43,467 nucleotides of DNA, taken from NCBI RefSeq assembly GCF_001194135.2, contig NC_068993.1:29316989-29360455 (forward strand). Direction: 5' to 3'. This DNA comes from Octopus bimaculoides (taxonomy: Eukaryota). The notes beneath the pieces are model-generated. The model searched no databases and had not been told where the DNA came from. It saw only the letters and a list, made by a program, of their open reading frames with translations. Positions within the stretch are counted from its first letter, which is position 1; each line of letters begins with the position of its first letter. Shown piece by piece: positions 23,409 to 33,994 of this stretch. The translations under genes and the position numbers were made by a program.

Positions 23409-23664
23409 ATGTCTGGCTTTTTCAATTTTTGATTTTTTTCATCATTGGTACGGGGTTTTAAAATCTTTATTCATTTGCCTGCTTTCACCCTTGTGTTTAA
23501 GTGAAAATTTGTGGTTTGGTCATTTTGACTGCTATGTTAGCACCCTTATTTATCAATTGAGAATTTTTTTACCGTTATAGGTTATTTACACATGCTAAGC
23601 CACTGATATTATTATAAAAAATAATTTTTTCTTATATATCTTTATACTCTTTAACAACTCTGTT

Positions 23665-24000
23665 GGTCATGAATGACCATGGGTGCACCTAAGAGGTTCT
23701 CTTCCAGGGTACATGTCTGGGCAGAAAGTCGCCTCACCGGCGAATGCACAATCTAGGGTTGTTTTCATGGAAGACCAGCAGTCACCCATGCATACCAGCC
23801 TCCCTTCTCCGTGCCACTGATGTTATCCAAGGGAAAGGCAAAGGTTGATACAACTTGGCACCAGTGATGTCATAACTCATTTGAAATGTGAAATGAAGTG
23901 TCTTGCTCAAGAACACAACATGCAGCCTGGTCCAGGAATTGAACTCACAACCACACGATCGTAAGCTCGATGCTCTAACCATTGAGCCATGCACCTTCAC
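23665..24000 (-). mobile_element. SINE of a second family (tRNA-like head plus CTTGAGCAAGACACTT core) with adjacent interspersed repeat
   Basis: Minus strand has GGCTCAATGGTTAGAGCATCGAGC (A box), GAGTTCAATTCC (B box) and TGTTCTTGAGCAAGACACTTCATTTCAC. Confidence 0.8.
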
Positions 24001-24496
24001 ATCTTCATATATATATATATANNNNNNNNNNNNNNNNNNNNNNNNNNNNNNNNNNNNNNNNNNNNNNNNNNNNNNNNNNNNNNNNNNNNNNNNNNNNNNN
24101 NNNNNNNNNNNNNNNNNNNNNNNNNNNNNNNNNNNNNNNNNNNNNNNNNNNNNNNNNNNNNNNNNNNNNNNNNNNNNNNNNNNNNNNNNNNNNNNNNNNN
24201 NNNNNNNNNNNNNNNNNNNNNNNNNNNNNNNNNNNNNNNNNNNNNNNNNNNNNNNNNNNNNNNNNNNNNNNNNNNNNNNNNNNNNNNNNNNNNNNNNNNN
24301 NNNNNNNNNNNNNNNNNNNNNNNNNNNNNNNNNNNNNNAAGAAAAAAAAAAATTAGGGATAGCAATCAAAAAGGATTAAAATTGTTTGGGGTATACACAA
24401 AAAAAAATTGAAATAATACTGTCATATATTAACACATTTATTTACAAGTAAATAACTCTCTGTTTTAAATTTTTTGTGTTTTACTTTCCCCAGTTT

Positions 24497-27352
24497 ATAG
24501 TATCATGCTCAAGGTGGCTTCGTCATTCACACATGCCATCCTTGCTACATTCACCCATCTTTTTTTGAAATATTCGCTAGACAAAACTTTCACCTTCTCT
24601 ACTTTCACCTTCCTTTTCAAGTGATACTTGAAAAAGTTGATGAGAGATTGACCAGAGAGGAAAGTGTTTGTCTCTAACCCTTTCAGATGCGTCCACTAGA
24701 TACATTCTTTCGCCATAGCCACAAGTATGATGAAAACAGCTCTTCCTTCCCGTTTGAAGGAAGGAGGCATGACAATATTGACGATAGACTCAGCTGATAA
24801 ACCAACTTGTCCAACACATGACAGCAGTCGTTCGACATAAGCCCACAAGTCGGAAATGGTTGGACACTGCACGAGTGCATGCAGAATGGTTTCATCGCTC
24901 TGACCACATCTCGGGTAGGTCGGCCCATGTTTCTCAAGCCATGTCTGTAGAGCTTTTCCTGAACGGGTAGCGCTTCTTGGTAGCACTGCCAAGCCAGGGA
25001 TTCCTGGAAGTTATCCATAGGTCCTGGCCCGAAAGTCGTCTTGAACAGGCGGGTCAGGTATTCTCCATCGACACCCAGGTTCACCCTATGATCATCATCA
25101 TACCCCCCACTCCACTGATCCACTATAGAATGCTTTGTTTGTGATGCAGTTGCTCAAGGTCGACTCAGAACAGCAGAGTTACTCAAGAGAAATGCGACAT
25201 TTGTGGTGCCATTCGCCCTTCCTCAGCCTCTTCTAGATTCACGACTGCAGCTCTGTCATGGTGACGAGCTGCAGGAAAGCGTGTCGCACAAACGGCGACC
25301 TCACCTGTTCACTGTTGTCTACGTAGAGCTAGAGATGTCGCAGTCCCAGTGCATGTCTGCACATCATCAACCACGGTATGCTTAGCCCTCCTTTCAGCAG
25401 GTGTTGGCAACAAACGGACCACCTGACCATCAGAACACTTCCTTTCCAGAAGCGGAAGCATTCCAGTTTGGCACAACGGTCAGGCGGTAGTTGATGACGG
25501 ATGCAATTTACGCGTTCGCCATCTCCGCCATTTCAGGGACAGCTTCTTCTTGGCCAATTGCTGAGAGAGAGTGGCCACCCTACTCATTATCTCATCCCAG
25601 TTCTTCTCCGTTTGGAGAACCAGATCCCAAGCAACTTGACCGGCCCGTCCGTCCAGCATCCCATTACTGAGGCGCTGCCACACAGCATGGGCTTGCTTTT
25701 CCAGGTGCCAAGCCGCAAGCCCACTGACTTTTCCCAGTTGATTTTCACTCCCGTCACCGCTTCATAATCTTTCAGTGTCTCGCCAACCAGCTCGATGTGC
25801 TGGTAGCTAGACACTATGACGGTGACGTTGCAGTACACTGCTGCCAAGACATCTCCAAACAACTCTGTCATACAATTGTAAAGCTCTTAGTGCAGACCAT
25901 CCAAACCCAGCGATTTGTCCCTAACTTCTGCCGCCGCAATAGCACCTTCGCAGNNNNNNNNNNNNNNNNNNNNNNNNNNNNNNNNNNNNNNNNNNNNNNN
26001 NNNNNNNNNNNNNNNNNNNNNNNNNNNNNNNNNNNNNNNNNNNNNNNNNNNNNNNNNNNNNNNNNNNNNNNNNNNNNNNNNNNNNNNNNNNNNNNNNNNN
26101 NNNNNNNNNNNNNNNNNNNNNNNNNNNNNNNNNNNNNNNNNNNNNNNNNNNNNNNNNNNNNNNNNNNNNNNNNNNNNNNNNNNNNNNNNNNNNNNNNNNN
26201 NNNNNNNNNNNNNNNNNNNNNNNNNNNNNNNNNNNNNNNNNNNNNNNNNNNNNNNNNNNNNNNNNNNNNNNNNNNNNCTGCAACTCCACTACCTGGGCCT
26301 CTCGCATGACTCCAACACCTTCGTTCCTTAAGAGCATGCATCCGAGCCCTGACAACACACCCTTCATGTTTGGCGTTGAAGTGTTAGTCGAGGGCCAACC
26401 TCTCCACCAAAATGTCGGATGCGATGCCGCTTCTTATCACTGCTTCTAACTTCTTAACTAGCTCACCCTCTACTCTGTTTCTATCTATGGCTAGTGCTTT
26501 GCTATATCTAATTGCTTCCGCTTTTACTGCTCTTTTGAGGGCAAACCACCATTTGTTGTTGATGATGGCTACCTTCAAAGCCCTCTTTACTAGCGTGCTA
26601 ATTCAGTCTCTGAAAACTTGTCTCGACGGGAAAGACACATTCAGTTTCCAGTAACTGGGGCCCTGCCTATGTGCCTTATCTAAGTCTAGCATACACGTCA
26701 CAAGTTTGTGATCCATGTAGCTGACAATGTGGAATTGTGGACATCCTAAGCTAGATATGGTCTCGGCGACCCAATGTGGTTGCTCCATGTCCACGTTGGT
26801 GCATTTGGGTAGTTGAGTCAGTACCTGTCAGACAGCTGAAAGTGTCTGAGCAGGTCTCTGAGGCATTTGCATCCCCATCTATTCCTGTCTCTTCCCACGT
26901 AGTCTAGATGCGTGTCCAAGGTAGCATTCCAATCTCCCATTAAAAGTAAAGGATGAAACGTTCCTAGGAATACTTCTAGACATCGAAAGAAATCCGGCCA
27001 ACTTGTTAAAGGCGGTACATAGACTGCTAGAATTCGAAAAGTGCACCCATCACTGCTGTCGACATCCAGGATAACCAGTCTACCCTCCGGGTCTACGAAT
27101 ATCGTCTTTACTTCGTGATCCAGACACTTGCGAAAAAGTACCACCGTGCCACTACCGCTCATACTCGGCAGACAGAGAGAAAAATAAATGTTATACTGTC
27201 CGCCAAACATGGACTTTAGGGCCCATGGCTCATGGAGTCTGGTCTCACTTATGGCTATGATTTTCAAATCATGTGACTTTATATCATTTAAGAGGTACCC
27301 TTGTTTCCAAGGGGCCCCAAGCCATGCGCATTCACACAACCAATCTTGACCA
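24497..27352 (-). pseudogene. Tx1 ORF2 (APE endonuclease-RT-CCHC), frameshifted and spanning a gap
   Basis: ORF track fragments 26818-27339, 26603-26794, 26384-26578, 25587-25871, 25480-25683 and 24696-24992 are collinear. Confidence 0.85.
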
Positions 27353-27399
27353 TGATCCTATTGAGTTGTGTGCTTTAAAACAAACAAAAGGAACAGAGA

Positions 27400-29150
27400 G
27401 TTACTTACCATTCGAAAGTTTTGTCTCCTCCTTTGATTTTTCATCAAGGAGGCTATTGTACAGTTTTTTTGCTAAATATTTATGACATCCCCCTACTGCA
27501 TTGAGGTAGAGGGATTTTAGTGTGTGGTGCAATGTTGGTGTGATGTTGTAAATTTTGATGTGTTCTGGTGGTGTTGTGTATGGGTGGTTGCTCATTTTAA
27601 TGTCGTTTTGTGTAACGTTTGTTTTTGTGTTAATGTATTTCATCAACTCTGTGTTTTTAGTGTCTATGGCTGTTTGCTGTATGTATTTTTGTGGTGTTAA
27701 TGGTGTTACTGTTATTTGTGGTAGGTTTCGAATTGTCTTCGGGAGATGTATATCTCCCTGCTTTGTTCATGTTTGCATTTGGTTTGGTTCTTTTTTTGCT
27801 TCTTTTCCTTCTTCCTTTTCTGGCTATTTGCCATTCCTCACTGCTTTCGTCTTCCAATGAAATTTCTGAGGAATCGGAAGGGGGTAGGGGCATGTTGTAA
27901 GCTTCTATGTGTGTTTGTGTAAGTGGTTGTGTTGTTGTTTTCATTGATGTTGGTTGTTGACTGTTTGTGTGTGGTGTGTGTGATGTGGGGGAAGGGGAAT
28001 CAGTTTTTGTATTGTCTTTTGGTTTTACTGTTTCTTTAGTTCTTGCTGTTGTTGTTGGTGTTTTTCCAGATGCTGTTGTATGTTCATTTGTTGGTGAGTT
28101 TGGTTGGTGTGTTTCTTTTGTTGTACTCCCTTTGCTTGTCCTCTGTGTTGATGGTGGTGTGGGTAGTAAGGGTTCTTTTTTCCTTTCACTTTTTTGTTGT
28201 TGTGATTGTTGTTTTTGTTCTTGTTTTTGTTTCTTTGGTGTGGGATGCTATTGATTGAGTTCTGATCTATTTGCATCAGCAACTGAATCATTTTTCCGGA
28301 TCAATTTTGTTGCTCTAAGGCAGCAATCTCTAGGATGTTTATGTTCTTGTCCATGTTGTAACCAATTGCGGACAACAGCCATTGTGACTCTACTTCCAGA
28401 GGGACATTCTTGATCAAAATTTTGGTCACACATTGACCAAGGTAGGTCGGAATCAAAATTACTTTCTCCGTCTGTAGGGTGAGTGTTGACAGTTCTTTTG
28501 CTTTTTCTTCACTGTTGAAGCGAACCTGTATTGTGGCATATTTGTTCCACCAGTTTTTATAATTCTTATATGCCCATATCGGGCGCAAACATTTTTCTGT
28601 CAGTTCCTATGGTGCTTGCTCTGGTCTGCGAGTTTTTGCGTTAATAATTTTATATATGATTGTTCTCTTTTATGTGGTGTCTATGATGTTTTGTGAGATG
28701 TTGAGGTGTAGATTTGAACCTTCTTGACTTAAGAAGGCCTTTGTTTTATTTGTTCTGTTGTGAATTATAGTATGGTCTTTTTTGTTTTAAGGCTTCTGCA
28801 AAATTTCATTTGTCTTTGGTGGTAGTGTTGGTGGCAGAGGTGTTCGTTTTAGCAGTTGAAGGTGAAGTTGTAGTGGTAGTGTTGGTATTTTCTTTCGTAG
28901 AGGTTGATGGCTTTGCAACGATATCGCTGGTGTTGGTGGCAGTGCTGGCATTCATGCTAACATTTGCACCTGCTTGTGTGAGACTTCTCCCCTCCTTTTC
29001 TCCTTCATGAAGCTGTGGTGAAGGGAGTGTAGGGAAATCAATGTCAAACGAGTTGTCAAGGAGACTGGCATTCGTTACAAAACCATCTTCATGGCTTGAA
29101 GACGCCATCCTCAAAACAAAAATGGCTAAGAAAGCTGAAAACAAATTCAC
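27400..29150 (-). pseudogene. Tx1 ORF1-like region with low-complexity T/N/Q/K tracts and an RRM-like segment
   Basis: MASSSHEDGF..TTTTTSPST.., then ATIQVRFNSEEKAKELSTLTLQTEKVILIPTYLG..KILIKNVPLEV (RRM-like), then SSDSSEISLEDESSEEWQIARKGRRKR. Lies directly upstream of ORF2. Confidence 0.65.
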
Positions 29151-29327
29151 AAAATCGGGAAACACGCCATGTGGGGCAGGTTTCCTGTGCAAACAATTTG
29201 CACAATCGAAACTATTTTTACACAAAAAATATTATACAATACACAACTTTTGAAGGCAATAAAAAGCAAACGTACTATGAGTTGATGTGACTATCATCCA
29301 TCTATAAGATAGATAGGTAGGTAGGTA

Positions 29328-29705
29328 GGTGTGGTAAGAAGCTTGCTTCCCAACTACATGGTTCCAGGTTCAATCCCACTGCATGGCACCTTGGGCAAGT
29401 GTCTTCTACTATAGCCTTGTGCCAACCAAACCCTTTTGAACGGATTTGGTTGATGGAAACTGAAAGAAGCCCATCGTATGTGTGTGTGTGTGTGTGTGTA
29501 TGCTTGTGTCAGTGTTTATCCTCCCACTATCCCGTGACAACCAATGTTGATGTTTTTACGTCCCCCGTAACTTAGCAGCTTGGCAAAAGATACTAATAGA
29601 ATAAGTAATAGGCTTACAAAGAATAAGTCCTAGGGTTGATTTGTTCAACTAAAGGCGGTACTCCAGCATGGCTGCAGTCAAATGACTGAAACAATTAAAA
29701 GAATA
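29328..29705 (+). mobile_element. tRNA-derived SINE
   Basis: GTGTGGTAAGAAGCTTGCTTCCC..GGTTCAATCCC..GGGCAAGTGTCTTCTACTATAGCC. Homologous along its length to 15903-16275. Confidence 0.9.
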
Positions 29706-30233
29706 AAATAATATATACAATTTAGAAGAAAATAGATATTCTTGGCCTTTGTCTGGACCTCTGAAGCAAGTCATAAGAAAGGAGGAAATTACTGTCTAAC
29801 TTTTACGACATATAACTAGTGCATTGTGTATGTGGGCAAGGTACAGCTAACTCTGCTTGAGTGAACAATATAACTTAGAGTTAAGGGCGTCAAGAATGTC
29901 CACTTTGAACACAATTTTTATGGTAGATTGGCCAAATTAGAAGCGCATTTCAACAAAATACATTCTTACATTATTTTATTATATTCTGAATTCAGATCTC
30001 ACATACACCATCTTTGCCTAATATCTTTCCAAGATTAATAAAATAAGCACCATACAAAGATTGGGAAGTCAGTATAGTTAACTACCTGCAGTGTTCTAGT
30101 ATGCCTGTTTTGTAATGACTAAAACTAAAATAGAAAATATGTTTGGGTTTTCTTACCTATATTAATATTTTAAAGTTTGAAAATACTTTCTTCTAATTTA
30201 TTTTTCATATGTTTGTTTTTTACTTTTTTACAG

Positions 30234-30348
30234 GGGTCGGTCAGTCAAATGGTACAATTTAAGTTATGGTAAAATCAATGCTAATTTCATGGACCGATTA
30301 AGAACGAGTTTTCAGCAAGTTGCTTCTGGCCCAGAGACAAAACTCTGA
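30234..30348 (+). CDS. STARD13: Last coding exon of DLC-family RhoGAP (K-GRSVKWYNLSYGKINANFMDRLRTSFQQVASGPETKL*)
   Basis: Strong polypyrimidine tract and cAG at 30231-30233. AA+G completes Lys from the previous exon. C-terminal GPETKL resembles vertebrate STARD8/STARD13 termini. TGA at 30346-30348. Confidence 0.93.
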
Positions 30349-30622
30349 ATCTCATCTAATATATACACATTCACAAACACATAAACCTATACACAAGCAG
30401 CTTATCAGATTGTAAATGCAAGACAAAGGAGCAATGACAGTTTATAAATGATGTTACATATATATATCTATAATTATTTCTTAAACATTTTGGTGAAATA
30501 TCAAATTTCAAAGGCAATACAATCTTGAGATAAATGATTTTTACCAATTTTTTTTAGATGTGTTGATTATTTAACACATAAAATTACTTCCTTTCTTCAA
30601 GGGTATCTGTTAAATGTTTAAT

Positions 30623-30707
30623 AATAAAATATTCGACAAATTAAGAAATAAATGAGCTTAATTTTTTTTCCCCCAAACCCCAAATTTGTTTTTACAAAAT
30701 GAATAAA
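30623..30707 (+). promoter_or_regulatory. Candidate polyadenylation signals of the RhoGAP gene
   Basis: AATAAA at 30623, 30647 and 30702, about 0.3 kb after the stop codon. The background is AT-rich, so usage is unproven. Confidence 0.3.
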
Positions 30708-31704
30708 CGTCACCAGCACGGAAAATGAAAGACTTTTTTTTTTCCTTTCCTTTTGATTCATCTTGTCACATCAGGAATGTTCAAGGTGAAACATTTATCA
30801 AGGACTCAGTGGGAATATAAGAACTGTTTATGACAAAACATCAGTACTCAAGCCAGACACGAAGAGAATTTAAAACAAACTTCAGAAATTGGCAAAAACA
30901 TCAAGTCAAGTAAAGCGTCTGGAGTACACAGAGCAAATATTAAGCAGAAAGGGTTAATTTGAAGAATATTCAGTGGAAAAAAAAAATTAGGCTGAACTAA
31001 AGGCATATTTGGTAATTATTTAAGGAAAACTTGATGTTCTACTGAAAAGACTAATTTCAGATATACTTTAGACACAATATAAGAGTTATTCAAAGTTAAA
31101 AATAGCTTCTATGAAAGAGAATCATAAAATAACAACAACCTCAAAATACACAAACCAGTAAATATTATACAAATATTACAAAACAATGCATTTCTGAGCA
31201 ACTCACTTACAGGTGAAGAATTAATAGAAAAAATTTTCCACTTCTGCAAATGAAACTTTTCTACTACTTTATTTCATTGTTTTGCTTTTCAACATCTTGT
31301 TTAATAAGTTACCTAAAATTCATGCCAAAATGAGAAAGAGAACAATGATGTCATCATCATTGTTGTTGGCATCAGCATCATCATTGTCATTTGCATCATC
31401 ATTGTTTTATCATTCATTTTTCCATGCTTGCATTAATCAGTTAGAATTTGTTGTTACAGATGTTCTACTGCTAGATGCCCTTATTGGTATCAAACTTAAC
31501 CAAACAAGGTAATAAGCCCCTAGTCTATTGAACAATGAAACACCCAGGACATAGTTACAAGTTTCTTTTGTTCTGAAAGACGGTGTCAAAATATGTCAGG
31601 ATTTGTATTTGATAGTGAGGTAGTTGTCTTGTTTACACAAGACCAAGCATGTAAAGACACAGTGAACTAAAAAAAATGCATACACACAGACAGACATACA
31701 TATA

Positions 31705-31830
31705 TTTTAGGTTCATTTCCATTGCATGGAACCCTGGGTAAGTGTCTTATACTATAGCCTCAACCAATTAAAGCCTTGTGAATGGATTAAGTAGGCAAAA
31801 ACTATAAGAATCTGGTTGTGCATATGTATG
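31705..31830 (+). mobile_element. Degenerate SINE fragment
   Basis: GGTTCATTTCCATTGCATGG..GGTAAGTGTCTTATACTATAGCC..CCTTGTGAATGGAT matches the SINE core. Confidence 0.7.
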
Positions 31831-32028
31831 TGTAAATACATACATACATACATATAGGTTAGTAGAATTAGAGGTTGGAATAACCGTCTAAGAGATAAAA
31901 AATATCCGTTTTGCAACCAGTATAATTACCTATGTTAACCCTGGGCATACATACGCAAGCATATTATGCTCATAGATTACAGGTAATGACAAAGGTAAAC
32001 ATGAGTTTATCAGGAACCAAATTTAAAC

Positions 32029-32499
32029 TAAATAGAAAATGGAGAGTTATTGATCAACAACAATTGACTAACATCGATTATTACTTTTTAATACAAAGAC
32101 TTTATCCCATCTAACAGCCATTTCTGCTTCCAATGTTCCACAGTGTTTTCATTGAAAATTCTGAGAATAATATTCATCATATTTTGCAACACAGCTGATC
32201 TGGAACATTGAGCTTCATCAGAATGAAGAAAAATACATAAAAGAAAAGAAGAGAAGAGCCTCGAGAAGCCCTTCTTCTTTTCTTTTCATTTATGAATTTT
32301 TCTTCACTCTGATGAAGCTCCATGTTACAGATCAGATGTGTTACAAGATATGACAAATATTATTTTCAGAATTTTCAATGGCAACACCATGGAACATTGG
32401 CAGCAGAAATGGCTGAAATGGGATAAAGTCTTTGTATTAAAAAGTAATAATCAATGTTAGTCAATTGTTGTTGATCAATATTTCTTCATTTTCTGTTTA
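32029..32499. repeat. ~470-bp imperfect palindrome (fold-back), centre near 32262-32264
   Basis: TGATCAACAACAATTGACTAACATCGATTATTACTTTTTAATACAAAGACTTTATCCCAT pairs with 32418-32477 with one mismatch. Complementarity continues almost to the central CTCGAG. Confidence 0.95.
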
Positions 32500-32508
32500 C
32501 TTTATATA

Positions 32509-33751
32509 TTAGGTTGTCCCACATGAAATGTCATATTTTAAATGGGTTTCTTATGAGCCGTCTATAAATGGATTTTTAATGAGTTTCTTTGTACATGCTT
32601 GTGTTTACTCTTAACTCTTTTTCTTTGTAGCCAATACTATTATTCAAAATTGCTATCCACAGCTCTTATGACAATGTTGACAACTGAACAATACTGAGTG
32701 ATTTTCTTGTACGAATGCAAGTTGAGTCACTCTGCCACAGAAGCTCTATGAAACATCAAGCGGGCTTTTGGTAACGACATTAGAACTGTTCAGAGATAGT
32801 TTCAAAGATTTTGTTCAGGAAGTGAAAGCTTTAAAAATTAACTAAGAGGGAGAGCAAAATCAGTTATTTGGCATAAGGAATTAAATGCTTTGGTTAGATA
32901 AAATCCAAGAACAATGGTCCGAAAATATTGGATCAGAGCTCCAGACATCTCCCACAACTGCTTCTTGACACTTGAAGAAAACTGGAAAGGTCAAAAAGAT
33001 GGATAGGTTTATTCCCCATCAACTTAATGAGATTCAAAGAAATAGACACCTTACAGTGTATTCCATGTTGATTTCTCAGTTGGAAAGAAAACCATTTTTG
33101 TATCAACTCATTATATGTGATGAGAAATGGTTACTCTTTGATAACAGCAGGAGGACAGGACAGTGGTTAGATGCAGGAGAGTCACCAAAACACTACACAA
33201 AACCACCATTGCACCCTAAAAAGTTGGACACTGTATGATGGTCAACAAATTCATTTTTGCAACAAGGAAAAACTGTAACAGCAACATCCTATTGTCAGGA
33301 AATTAATTGTATGCATGAAAAATTAAAAAAAGAAGCAACCCAGATTAGTGAATAGAGATGACCCAATTTTCCTTCATGATAATGCATGGCCTCACTCTTC
33401 TCAAGCTTACAGTCCACAAGTTGCAAAGCTTGAATTATGAAATTTTGGCACATCCTCCTTATTCTCCTGATATCTCTCCTACTGATTATCATATATTTAA
33501 ATACTTCGAGCTTGCTATATGCAATAAAGCATTCTTAAATAAAGAAGAGGTAATTGAAGCATTCAAACAGTTTATCAGTGTAAAAGATGACAAATTCTTT
33601 GAAGATGGAATATATGCCTTAGAAGAACATTGGCTGAGGGTCATACATGAACAAGGATTGTATTTTGATTAAATAAATAAATATTCTAAAACTTAAAAAA
33701 CAATTTTAATGTTTCCTTTTTCTAATGTGACATTTCATGTGAGACAACCTA

Positions 33752-33752
<1 letters not shown>
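32509..33752 (+). mobile_element. Full-length (~1.24 kb) decayed mariner transposon
   Basis: TIRs TTAGGTTGTCCCACATGAAATGTCA (32509, after TA) and TGACATTTCATGTGAGACAACCTAA (ending 33752). Motifs FIPHQL, IICDEKWLLFDN, HDNA and YSPDISPTDYHIF. Stops and frameshifts present. Confidence 0.95.
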
Positions 33753-33784
<32 letters not shown>

Positions 33785-33994
33785 TGAGAAAGTTGGTATG
33801 TGAAAGCACATGATTGGATGTATAAAAGATAAAAAAGAGTGAGAAAACTACAGAAGGCTTGTGTTATATGGTTAAAATATATATTTAAATCGTTATGTTA
33901 GAAAAATGTTATAAAATTTTGAATATAGAAACATTAAAGTTGTTGTATATTGTCAACTTAATGTGACAATCCCAATAAGGGAATATACTACTGC

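Larger units (their letters stand above)
22632..23630. repeat. ~400-420 bp non-coding repeat: one reverse unit (22632-23015) facing about 1.4 forward tandem units (23040-23630); the reverse unit and the full forward unit each carry a hammerhead motif
   Basis: TGTGTTTAAGTGAA at 23071 and 23492. CATGCTAAGCCACTGATA at 23195 and 23591. 22632-23015 is the reverse complement of the forward unit. Confidence 0.92.
24440..29240 (-). mobile_element. Near full-length Tx1/L1-clade LINE (ORF1 plus ORF2), inactivated, antisense in the last host intron
   Basis: ORF2 begins MVKIGCVNAHGLG at about 27352, with IAISETRL, GRLVILDV and LMGDWNATLD (APE). RT end DVTVIVS..YEAVTGVKINWEKS. C-terminal CPRCGQSDETILHALVQC zinc finger. 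Stop at about 24497, then AATAAA. ORF1 pieces lie at 27400-29225. Confidence 0.9.

Noticed and set aside
27555-28258. Hydrophobic V/F/L-rich + strand ORFs that look like membrane proteins
   Set aside because: They are antisense readings of the A/C-rich, low-complexity Tx1 ORF1.
32309-32315. CTGATGA hammerhead half-core inside the 470-bp palindrome
   Set aside because: No properly placed GAAA, stem II or stem I partner could be built. Other CTGATGA hits are RT YADD/FADD codons or transposase sequence.
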